A stretch of 38,876 nucleotides of DNA from Burkholderiales bacterium (GTDB lineage: Bacteria > Pseudomonadota > Gammaproteobacteria > Burkholderiales > Burkholderiaceae_C), in assembly GCA_038328935.1 (NCBI GenBank), contig JBBQMM010000001.1, forward strand, positions 1 through 38,876, in the 5' to 3' direction. Below the pieces are notes generated by a model, which did not search any database, was not told where the DNA came from, and saw only the letters and a list, made by a program, of their open reading frames with translations. The position numbers and the translations under genes were made by a program. Positions 1-7,969 of this stretch are shown here, piece after piece (positions within the stretch are counted from its first letter, which is position 1; each line of letters begins with the position of its first letter).

Positions 1-90
1 GCGGCTCGAAACCCCCGCTTCGCCCCCAACCCTCACCCTGCAAGGGAGAGGGAGTTGGACGGTCTCCTCTCCCTGCAAGGGAGAGGGAGC
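1..90. repeat. REP-like palindromic element, two CCCTCTCCC-N-GGGAGAGGG hairpin units; may extend left of the window
   Basis: Nt 1-54 match 13124-13177 at 51/54 positions; a second hairpin unit lies at about 64-90; located just past the 3' end of the AKR gene. Confidence 0.8.
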
Positions 91-145
91 AGGACGGTCT
101 CCCATCCCGACTCTCCCGCCCGAGGAGCGGCGGCGAAGAAGACCA

Positions 146-1186
146 TCAAGCCCTATTCAGGTTGTACTTCATGATGCGTCCGTGCCGGCCGCCCTTGTCA
201 CGTTCCAGGGCATAGGTGTCGCCTTGCAGTCCGGGGTGTGTGGCGAGCAGTGGCGCCAGCAGCGCGTGATCCTGGGCCTCCAGCTTCAGCGCAAACACGG
301 CCAGGGTGTCGCGCAGGTGGTCGGCATAGCGCGCGCCGATGATGGCGGCGGCGACACCCGGCTGGTCCAGCACCCAGCGTGTGGCCACCGTGGCAATGCC
401 AACCCCGTGGCGTTGGCCGATGGCCTGCAACACGCGCAGCAGCTGCTGAAAGGCTGCCCAGCCACCGAAGTCGTCGATCACCAGCTTGTATTTGATCAGC
501 GAGCGGTTCGTCAGCTCAGCCCCGGGCTCGGCCGCGCCCAGCCAGCGCTCGCTGAAGAAACCACCGGCCAGCGTGCCGTAACACAGCAGCTGCACACCGC
601 GCTGTTGGCCCAGCGCCACCAGTCGATGGGCCGGCCGGCGGTCCAGCAGCGAGTACTGCACCTGCATGCTGACCAGCGGCACGCCGGCGTCCAGCATCGC
701 CGCGGTGTGTGGGGTGTCGAAATTGGTGCCGCCCAGCTGGGCGATCAGGCCCTCGCGCTGCAAGGTGGCGAGCACCTGCGCGGCGGCCACGCAGCCCGGC
801 ACTTCGTAATTCCACCAGTGGAATTGCACCAGGTCCAGCCGGTCGGTCTGCAGCCGCTGCAACGAGCGCATCACTGTTGCGCGGATGTAGGCTTCGTCGA
901 CCCGCGCCAGATCGTCGAAGTCGGGCACGCACTTGGTGTGCACCTGCAGCGCAGGCAAGCCTTGCGCCCGTTGGCGCGCGTTGAAGGCGCCATAAAGCTC
1001 TTCCACGCCGGCGTAGATGTCGGCGCCGTCCACCGTGTTCAGGCCGGCGTCGACAAAGGCGCCGATCTCGTCGATGGCGCGCTCGCGGTCCACCGCGCCG
1101 TGGTCGCCCGCCAGCTGCCAGCCGCCGCGGATGATGCGCGCGATGCGGTAGCCCGGCGCGAGTGCTGTGGTTTCGATGGCGGTCAT
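146..1186 (-). CDS. Aldo/keto reductase
   Basis: Motifs GGWQL, DGADIY (catalytic Asp/Tyr), HTK, SLQRLQTDRLDLVQFHW, QVQYSLLDR. The ATG at 1186 overlaps the upstream stop (ATGA), so the longer ORF-track start is not used. Confidence 0.9.
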   Translation of the reverse strand: MTAIETTALAPGYRIARIIRGGWQLAGDHGAVDRERAIDEIGAFVDAGLNTVDGADIYAGVEELYGAFNARQRAQGLPALQVHTKCVPDFDDLARVDEAYIRATVMRSLQRLQTDRLDLVQFHWWNYEVPGCVAAAQVLATLQREGLIAQLGGTNFDTPHTAAMLDAGVPLVSMQVQYSLLDRRPAHRLVALGQQRGVQLLCYGTLAGGFFSERWLGAAEPGAELTNRSLIKYKLVIDDFGGWAAFQQLLRVLQAIGQRHGVGIATVATRWVLDQPGVAAAIIGARYADHLRDTLAVFALKLEAQDHALLAPLLATHPGLQGDTYALERDKGGRHGRIMKYNLNRA

Positions 1187-1626
1187 CGTGGGCTCGATGC
1201 CGGCAGCGGCACGGCCGTGGTCTGCGCGTGGCTGAAGCGTCGCAGACCCAGCCGCGTGATGCGAAAGCGCGTCGGGCAGTGGGGGTCGGGGCAGGCCACC
1301 TCGGCGTCGCTGCTCATCCAGTCGTTGGCGTGCGTCGGGCGCTGCTTGGCGGGCAGCAGCGGCAGCAGTGCGGCCAGCGAATACATCGAGAAAGCCTGGC
1401 CGGGCGGAAAGTGCAGCAGCTCGCCGCGCACCTCGAAGCAGTCGCCCACCTGGGCGTTGCACAGGATGCGTTCGCCCGCTCGTGCCGGCGGCACCACCAC
1501 CTCCACACGCAGGTCGTAGAGCTCGAAGCCGTCGTCGTGCCGGTCGTCATGCGACGCATCGTGCGCCGTGTCGTGAACTGTGTCTTGCATGCTGTCTGGC
1601 GTCCTGTCTGGCGTCCTGTCTTGCAT
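1183..1626 (-). CDS. TIGR04076-family protein with a repeat-extended N-terminus (start uncertain: 1626 or 1590)
   Basis: FELYDLRVEV...C...GDCFEVRGE...SLAALLPLLPAKQR...NDWM...ACPDP pattern; translationally coupled to the AKR. Confidence 0.8.
   Translation of the reverse strand: MQDRTPDRTPDSMQDTVHDTAHDASHDDRHDDGFELYDLRVEVVVPPARAGERILCNAQVGDCFEVRGELLHFPPGQAFSMYSLAALLPLLPAKQRPTHANDWMSSDAEVACPDPHCPTRFRITRLGLRRFSHAQTTAVPLPASSPR
1531..1626 (-). repeat. Degenerate 12-bp tandem array (about 8 units) at the 5' end of the TIGR04076 gene
   Basis: Encodes MQDR TPDR TPDS MQDT VHDT AHDA SHDD RHDD (4-aa period). Confidence 0.7.
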
Positions 1627-1673
1627 CCCCACCCTGCATCCGCGTGTTGCTCATCCGCTATCCTCGCCAGCAC

Positions 1674-2465
1674 ATGTCCGTTGCCAGCGCTGTCGAACCG
1701 TCAAGCACCCTGCTGAAGGCCGCAGAGGTTACCAAAGCCTTCGGCGGCCACAGGGCCGTGGACGGCATCTCATTTGCGCTGCAGCGCGGCAGCATCACCG
1801 GCCTCATAGGGCCCAATGGCGCAGGCAAGACGACGCTCTTCAATTGCCTGACGGGGGCGCTGAAGCCCAGCAGCGGCCGCGTCGAGCTGGATGGCAGCGA
1901 CATCACCGGCGCCGGCCCCGAACGCGTCTTCGCCGCCGGCATGGCGCGCACCTTCCAGATCCCGCGCCCCTTCGCGGCCATGAGCGTGCTGGAAAACGTG
2001 ATGCTCGCCCCGCGCGCCCAGCTGGGTGAACGTTTCTGGACCAACTGGTTGCGGCCGCAGGCCGTGGCCGCGCAAGAGGTGCAAACGCGCGCAGCAGCGC
2101 TGCATTGGCTGGACTTCGTGGGCCTGGCCAAACTGGCGCACGAGCCGGCCCGGGTGTTGTCCGGCGGCCAGCGCAAGCTGCTGGAACTGGCGCGCGTGAT
2201 GGTGGCGCAGCCGCAGCTGGTGCTGCTGGACGAACCTGCAGCCGGCGTCAACCCGGCGCTGCTGGCGCTCATCGTCGGGCGCATCGAGGCGCTCAACGCG
2301 CAGGGCGTCAGCTTTCTGATCATTGAACACAACATGGAGCTGGTGTCGCACCTGTGCCACCCGGTGATGGTGATGGCGCAGGGGCAGATGCTGGCCCAGG
2401 GCGACGCGGGCACGGTGCTGAGCGACCCGCGTGTGGTCGAAGCCTACCTGGGCACTGCTGCGTGA
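1674..2465 (+). CDS. Branched-chain amino acid-type ABC transporter ATP-binding protein (LivG-like)
   Basis: Walker A GPNGAGKT, RTFQ, LSGGQRK, LLDEPAAG, IIEHNM, C-terminal EAYLG. Confidence 0.92.
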   Translation: MSVASAVEPSSTLLKAAEVTKAFGGHRAVDGISFALQRGSITGLIGPNGAGKTTLFNCLTGALKPSSGRVELDGSDITGAGPERVFAAGMARTFQIPRPFAAMSVLENVMLAPRAQLGERFWTNWLRPQAVAAQEVQTRAAALHWLDFVGLAKLAHEPARVLSGGQRKLLELARVMVAQPQLVLLDEPAAGVNPALLALIVGRIEALNAQGVSFLIIEHNMELVSHLCHPVMVMAQGQMLAQGDAGTVLSDPRVVEAYLGTAA

Positions 2466-3256
2466 CGGCGCACGGCGCGACGGCGGCCTTGCAGATAGAC
2501 GCGCTGCAGGCCGGCTACGAGCCGGGCCTGCTGATCGTGCGCGGCGCGTCGCTCTCGGTGGCGCGCGGCGAGATCGTCGCCATCCTGGGCCCCAACGGCG
2601 CCGGCAAGTCCACGCTGGTGAAGGCGGTGGCGGGGCTGGTGCCCATCAGCGGCGGCCGCGTGCAGCTGGCGGGCGGCGCCGGTTTGCAGGACATCACGGC
2701 GGTGCCCGCGCACGAGTTGGTGCACCGCGGCCTGGCCTTCGTGCCGCAGACCGAAAACGTGTTTGCCGGGTTGACGGTGGCCGAGAACCTGGAGCTCGCC
2801 GCGGCGCTGATGAAAGGCGTGACACGTCACCACCGCGCCGAGCGCCTGGCGCCCGTTTACGCCATGTTCCCCGACCTGCTGCGCCAGCGCACGCTGCCGG
2901 CCGGTCGGCTTTCAGGGGGCCAGCGCCAGATGCTGGCGGTAGCGCGCGCGCTGATTGCCAGGCCGCAGGTGCTGATGCTGGACGAGCCCTCGGCGGGCCT
3001 GAGCCCGAAGCTGGTGGCGCAGGTGTTCGACAAGCTGGCCGAGGTTCGCGCCAGCGGCGTGACGCTGTTGCTGGTGGAACAGAACGTGAAAGCAGCGCTG
3101 GCACTGGCCGACCGCGCCGTGGTGCTGGTTGAAGGGCGCGAGCGCCTGGTGGCCCCTGCCGCTGGCCTGGCGCAAGACCCGCGGCTGGCGCAGCTGTACC
3201 TGGGCCGGCACGGTGCCGACGCGACCACTGACCGTGCGCACGAACAGCGCCCATGA
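2462..3256 (+). CDS. Branched-chain amino acid-type ABC transporter ATP-binding protein (LivF-like)
   Basis: GPNGAGKS, LSGGQRQMLA, LDEPSAGLSP, LVEQN, LYLG; GTG start overlaps the previous TGA. Confidence 0.92.
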   Translation: MTAHGATAALQIDALQAGYEPGLLIVRGASLSVARGEIVAILGPNGAGKSTLVKAVAGLVPISGGRVQLAGGAGLQDITAVPAHELVHRGLAFVPQTENVFAGLTVAENLELAAALMKGVTRHHRAERLAPVYAMFPDLLRQRTLPAGRLSGGQRQMLAVARALIARPQVLMLDEPSAGLSPKLVAQVFDKLAEVRASGVTLLLVEQNVKAALALADRAVVLVEGRERLVAPAAGLAQDPRLAQLYLGRHGADATTDRAHEQRP

Positions 3257-3455
3257 ACACCGCCCATGAACAGCGCCTATGAACCGCGCCCATGAACAGT
3301 GCCCATGAACACCGCCCATAAACAGTGCCTATGAACAGTGCCTATGAACACCGCCCACAACCAGAGCGCCCATGGACAACGCCCACAGACAACGTCCGCA
3401 GACAACACGCACAGACGGCGTGCACTGACGACGTGAACTGACGGCACCCACTGAC
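3227..3455 (+). repeat. 13-bp tandem array (about 17 units, core ATGAACASYGCCY) filling the livF-livH gap
   Basis: Units start at 3240, 3253, 3266, 3279, 3292, 3305, 3318, 3331 and 3344, then drift progressively to 3449; no spacers. Confidence 0.92.
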
Positions 3456-4376
3456 ATGCTGCAAATCCTGGCCGACGGCTTGATCATCGGTTCCATCATC
3501 GCGCTGGGCGCCATCGGCCTGACGCTGACGTTTTCGATCCTGCGCTTTTCCAACTTCGGCCATGGCGAGCTTCTGGCCTGGGGCTCGTACCTCGCGCTGT
3601 CGGCGCTGGCGGTGTTCGCTGCCATCGGCTGGGCCGATTCGCCGCGCGCCATCGCGCCCTTCAGCTTTGGCTGGCCGCTGCTGTTGGCGCTGGCCGGCGC
3701 TGCGGTGCTGACGGCGCTGATGGCGCTGGCGCTCGACACGCTGCTGTTCAAGCGGCTGCGCCTGCAGGGCAGCATCACGCTGGTGATTGCCAGCTTCGGC
3801 GCCGCGCTGGCGCTGCGCAACCTGCTGCTGTTCTTTTACGGCGGCGTGCCGCGCTACTACTCGCAGGATCTGCAGATCGCCTGGGCGTTGCTGCCGAGGT
3901 CGGTGGCCGGCGGCCTGCGAATCACGCCCGACCAGCTGTTCGTCATCGGCCTCACCGCCGCCACCGTGGTGGCGCTGCACCTGTTCCTGAAGCACAGCAC
4001 GCTGGGCCGCGCGATGCGTGCCACGGCCGACAACCCGCAACTGGCGCGTGTGGCCGGCATCGACCCCGAACGCATGTTGCGCACCACCTGGCTGCTGGGC
4101 GGCGTGCTCGCCGCGCTGGCGGGGGTGTTCGCCGGCCTCACCGTGCAGTTGCGGCCTACGTTGGGGCTGGACTTGCTGCTGCCGCTGTTTGCCGCCGTGG
4201 TGCTGGGCGGCATCGGCTCGGTGTGGGGGGCGGTGGTGGGCGGCCTGGTGGTGGGGCTGGCCGAAAGCGCGGCGGTCGCCTGGGTGGGCGCCGAGTGGCG
4301 CGCGGCGGCCGCCTTCGTGGTGCTGATCGCGATGCTGCTGGTGCGCCCGAGCGGACTGTTCGGCGCCAGGGCCTGA
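3456..4376 (+). CDS. Branched-chain amino acid-type ABC permease (LivH-like)
   Basis: GLTLTFSILRFSNFGHGE, LGRAMRATADNPQLA...GID, AVVLGGIGS, RPSGLFG; hydrophobic. Confidence 0.92.
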   Translation: MLQILADGLIIGSIIALGAIGLTLTFSILRFSNFGHGELLAWGSYLALSALAVFAAIGWADSPRAIAPFSFGWPLLLALAGAAVLTALMALALDTLLFKRLRLQGSITLVIASFGAALALRNLLLFFYGGVPRYYSQDLQIAWALLPRSVAGGLRITPDQLFVIGLTAATVVALHLFLKHSTLGRAMRATADNPQLARVAGIDPERMLRTTWLLGGVLAALAGVFAGLTVQLRPTLGLDLLLPLFAAVVLGGIGSVWGAVVGGLVVGLAESAAVAWVGAEWRAAAAFVVLIAMLLVRPSGLFGARA

Positions 4377-4378
4377 AG

Positions 4379-5335
4379 ATGGACTTCACCGGCGTGCTGT
4401 CGTACGGCAGCTTCTTCCTGGTGTTCGCCACGGTGTTTGCCATCATCGTGCTGGGCTTGAATCTGCAGTGGGGTTTCACGGGTTTGTTCAACGTCGGCGT
4501 GGCCGGCTTCGTGGCCATCGGCGCCTATACCTCGGCGCTGCTCACCACGCCGCCCACCCCCGAGCGGCTGGGCGGCTTCGGCTGGCCGGTGGCGCTGGGC
4601 TGGCTGGCGGCGATGGTGGTTTCAGGCGCCGCCGGTGCGCTGGTGGGGTTGCTGACGCTGCGGCTGCGTGACGACTACCTGGCCATCACCACCTTCGGCA
4701 TTGCGGTGGTCATCCAGCTCACGGCGCTGAACGCGCAGAAGCTGACCGGCGGGCCCTTCGGCGTGCAGTTCATCCCCAAGCCGCTGCAGGGCTGGCTGGG
4801 CACCGGCACGGCGTGGACGCTGGCCTATCTGGTGCTGGCGCTGCTGGTGCTGTGGGCTGTCTACGCCGCGCTGCAGCGCCTGGTGCAAAGCCCCTGGGGC
4901 CGCGCGTTGCGTGGCATCCGTGAAGACGAAACCGCGGCAGCCTCGCTGGGCAAGTCGCCTTTTGCGTTGAAGCTGCAGGCCTTCGTGCTGGGCAGCATGT
5001 TGATGGGCCTGGGCGGCGCCATGCAGGCGCACTTCGTGGGCTACATCGCACCCGAAGATTTCTTGCCCATCCTGACCTTCCAGTTGTGGGCCATGCTCAT
5101 CGTCGGCGGCTCGGGCAACAACCGCGGCGCGGTATTGGGAGCCTACGTGGTGTGGGCTTTCTGGGCCGGCGCCGGCAGCCTGATGAGGGTCTGGATTCCG
5201 CAGTCCGAGCAGGCGCGTGGCGCGGCCTTGCAGGTGGTGATGATCGGCGTGCTGATCGCACTGATGCTGGTACTGCGGCCGCGTGGATTGTTGGGCGAAA
5301 GGCTTGCGGTGTCGCGCCAGGCGGGCCAGCGCTGA
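4379..5335 (+). CDS. Branched-chain amino acid-type ABC permease (LivM-like)
   Basis: LGLNLQWGFTGLFNVG, LRLRDDYLAITT, SPWGRALRGIREDE, IVGGSGN, RPRGLLG. Confidence 0.92.
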   Translation: MDFTGVLSYGSFFLVFATVFAIIVLGLNLQWGFTGLFNVGVAGFVAIGAYTSALLTTPPTPERLGGFGWPVALGWLAAMVVSGAAGALVGLLTLRLRDDYLAITTFGIAVVIQLTALNAQKLTGGPFGVQFIPKPLQGWLGTGTAWTLAYLVLALLVLWAVYAALQRLVQSPWGRALRGIREDETAAASLGKSPFALKLQAFVLGSMLMGLGGAMQAHFVGYIAPEDFLPILTFQLWAMLIVGGSGNNRGAVLGAYVVWAFWAGAGSLMRVWIPQSEQARGAALQVVMIGVLIALMLVLRPRGLLGERLAVSRQAGQR

Positions 5336-5492
5336 AGGCGCGCACGCGGCCTGCGCAGCCGCCATCGGGGTCCATGTGTTGCGAGTTGGCTGCATTTTGC
5401 TGCTGCCTTGAGGTGCATTGATGCAGTCGCGGACGAGGAATGGCCCTAACGCGGCGATGATGCGTGGCTGCTATCAACCACAAGGAGCCAGC

Positions 5493-6092
5493 ATGGCCAC
5501 GCGCAAGACAAAGCAAACCTCTGAATTCGCTCAGGCGACAGACCATCTCAGCACCGCCGCGAAAGAAGTCGGCACCGCCGTTTCGCACAAGTTCAGCGCC
5601 GTGGGTGAAGCCATGGCCACCCGCCTGGGCACGGTCAAGAAGGGTGCGATGAAGAAGCGCGACGACGCGCAGCGCGGCATCAGCGGTCTGGTGAAAGCTG
5701 CTCAGTCGCAACTGAAAAAGGCCGAAGCGCAATTGGCCAAGGCTGGCGCAGCCGCGCGCAAGTCGGTGCTGTCCGCAGAGAAGAAGCTGCAAGCCGCGCA
5801 GCGCAGCGCCAGCAAGGAAATGGCCAAACTGCAAGTCGCCGCTGAGCGCAAGGCCAAGGCCCTGAAGAAGGCGCTTGAAAAAGAAGCCGCCGTGATGAAG
5901 AAGTCCGCCAGCGCCAAGCTCAAGCCCGCCGCTGCACCGAAGGCTGCGGCCAAGAAGCCGGCGGCCAAGCCTGCCGCCAAAGCGCCCGCCAAGAAGCTTG
6001 CCAAGCCGGTTGCAAAGACCGCTGTGAAGGCCGCGGCAAAGCCGGCTGCCAAGGTCGTCGCCAAGGCGCCCGCGAAGAAGGCCGCGAAGTAG
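5493..6092 (+). CDS. Lys/Ala-rich histone H1-like protein (helical N-terminus plus AAKP-repeat tail; AlgP/PhaF-like architecture)
   Basis: AAGGAG RBS before ATG 5493; C-terminal KKPAAKPAAKAPAKK repeats; strongly biased AAG/GCC codon use. Confidence 0.8.
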   Translation: MATRKTKQTSEFAQATDHLSTAAKEVGTAVSHKFSAVGEAMATRLGTVKKGAMKKRDDAQRGISGLVKAAQSQLKKAEAQLAKAGAAARKSVLSAEKKLQAAQRSASKEMAKLQVAAERKAKALKKALEKEAAVMKKSASAKLKPAAAPKAAAKKPAAKPAAKAPAKKLAKPVAKTAVKAAAKPAAKVVAKAPAKKAAK

Positions 6093-6210
6093 GCCGTCAA
6101 GAAGGCCGTCAAGAAGGCCGCCGCTTAAAAAGCCAGGCTGCCCGGGCCTGTCCCGGGCGCGTGCCTCGGCGCGCTGACGTGTCTGCGGCTCGGGCGGCAG
6201 AGCGGGTCCA

Positions 6211-6288
6211 GCAGGATCCGAAAAGTAGGATCCGACAAGCAGGATCCACAAGCAGGATCCACAAGCAGGATCGGCGACCGGATCCTGC
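6211..6288. repeat. 13-14 bp tandem array of CAGGATCC(G/A)CAAG units plus one inverted copy, between convergent genes
   Basis: GGATCC at 6214, 6228, 6242, 6255 and 6280; GGATCG at 6268. Confidence 0.8.
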
Positions 6289-6308
6289 TCGCGTCGCCCG
6301 CCGCTGTG

Positions 6309-7310
6309 TCAGTCGACCTTGGCGCCCGAGGCTTTCACCACGTTGGCCCACTTCTTCGTCTCGGCTTCGATGAAGCGCGCGAATTCGGCCGGTGTGTTGC
6401 CGCTGGGTATGGCGCCTTGCGCCAGCAAGCGCTCTTTCATCGCTGCCGTGCCCAGCGCCTTGGCGGTCTCTTGCTGCACGCGGGCGACGATGTCGGCCGA
6501 CGTGCCGGCGGGTGCCAACAGCCCGAACCAAGAGCTGGCCTCGTAACCCTTCAACGCCGCACCGCCGGCCTGTTCCACCGTCGGCAGTTCAGGCAGGGCG
6601 CCTGAACGTGTCGCGCTCGTCACGGCCAGGGCCTTCAGACGGCCGCTCTTGATGTGCGGCATGGCGCTGGGCAGGTTGTCGAACATGACATCCACGTTGC
6701 CGGCCATCAGGTCGATCAGCGCCGGGCCGCTGCCGCGGTAGGGCAGGTGGACCATGAAGGTGCCGGTCATGCTCTTGAACAACTCGCCGGCCAGGTGGAT
6801 GCTGGTGCCGTTGCCCGAGCTGGCCATGTTCAACTTGCCGGGGTTGGCCTTCAGCGCCCTGATGAAACTCTGCACGTCGGTCACGCCCAGGCGCTGCGCG
6901 GCGCCGGGGTTCATCACCAGCACGTTGGGCACACCGGCCACCAGCGTGACGGGTGCGAAGTCTTTCACCGCGTCGTAGGGCATCTTCGGATACAGGCTCG
7001 GGTTGATGGCATGGGTGCCCACCGTGCCCATCAGCAACGTGTAGCCGTCAGCAGCGGCCTTGGCCACTTCGGCACTGCCGCTGTTGCCACCCGCACCTGG
7101 CTTGTTGTCGACCACGAAAGGCTGTCCGAAGACGCGCTGCAGCTCGGGCGCCAGCGAGCGCGCCAGGATGTCGGTGGTGCCGCTGGCGGCAAAAGGCACG
7201 ACGATGCGCACCGCCTTCGTGGGCCAGCCACTTTGCGCGTTTGACAGCGAAGGGGTGAACCAGCCGGCGAGTGAAGTGCAGGCAATGAAATGGCGGCGGG
7301 ACAGGGTCAT
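6309..7310 (-). CDS. Bug/TctC family tripartite tricarboxylate transporter substrate-binding protein
   Basis: [48 protein letters not shown]; SRRHF-containing signal peptide. Confidence 0.93.
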   Translation of the reverse strand: MTLSRRHFIACTSLAGWFTPSLSNAQSGWPTKAVRIVVPFAASGTTDILARSLAPELQRVFGQPFVVDNKPGAGGNSGSAEVAKAAADGYTLLMGTVGTHAINPSLYPKMPYDAVKDFAPVTLVAGVPNVLVMNPGAAQRLGVTDVQSFIRALKANPGKLNMASSGNGTSIHLAGELFKSMTGTFMVHLPYRGSGPALIDLMAGNVDVMFDNLPSAMPHIKSGRLKALAVTSATRSGALPELPTVEQAGGAALKGYEASSWFGLLAPAGTSADIVARVQQETAKALGTAAMKERLLAQGAIPSGNTPAEFARFIEAETKKWANVVKASGAKVD

Positions 7311-7415
7311 GAGTTGCAGTGGGTGCTGAGAGAACCGCAGTGTGACCATGCGGGCTGCAACTGCCAGCCGGGGCATCCCTAGCAGGCGCAGGCGGCGCGC
7401 TGCTGCGCGCCGTCG

Positions 7416-7844
7416 TCAAGGGTCGGGCACGAGAGGGAAAGCAGCCGCAAGCTCCGGGGTGTATTCAGGCACCGGGCCCACATGTGCCGGCTCCAGCGCC
7501 ATGCGCTCGCGGTTGCCCAGGTACACCCAGGCGGTACGCTCTGCGCCGCCCGCGGCGGGGCGCACGGCGACGGCCCGCCGGCTGTACCACAGGGGCTCGT
7601 CCACACGTTCCAGCCGGTCCATGCGGGCCAGCGTGGCGTCGTCCACTTCGAACAGTTGGCCTACCACTGCATGGCCCTCGCCCGGCGTGGCCTCGCTCAC
7701 CAGCCAGGGCAGGTTTTCCGGGCCGATGATGTACAGCGAGAAACGATCCACGGTGACGAAGCCGCCACCCACGCGTACGCCGCGGTTGTAGTGGAAGTTG
7801 CAGAAGCCCTGCTTCAACGAGCCGAAGACGAATACCGTGTGCAT
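7416..7844 (-). CDS. Gamma-glutamylcyclotransferase (AIG2/YtfP-like) family protein
   Basis: N-terminal VFVFGSLKQG (variant of FVYGTL), VVGQLFEVD, MDRLE, AWVY. Confidence 0.85.
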   Translation of the reverse strand: MHTVFVFGSLKQGFCNFHYNRGVRVGGGFVTVDRFSLYIIGPENLPWLVSEATPGEGHAVVGQLFEVDDATLARMDRLERVDEPLWYSRRAVAVRPAAGGAERTAWVYLGNRERMALEPAHVGPVPEYTPELAAAFPLVPDP

Positions 7845-7969
7845 GGCGTGTGTAATCCCCGTCAACATTTCAAACGCGGCGCCGTCCGCAGCCCATGCTG
7901 CACGGCTTGCCCTGTAGAACTTTTCAAAGCCCGTGGTGCCGTGGCTGCGCGTGCCGGCGCCGGCCTTGC

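Noticed and set aside
116-140. CCGAGGAGCG resembling the SAH riboswitch start
   Set aside because: No following CTGC-AC or AGGCTCGG partner, no suitable downstream gene on that strand, and nothing similar upstream of metH.
3227-3455. Possible CRISPR array
   Set aside because: Units are 13 bp, contiguous and spacer-less, and there are no cas genes in the window.
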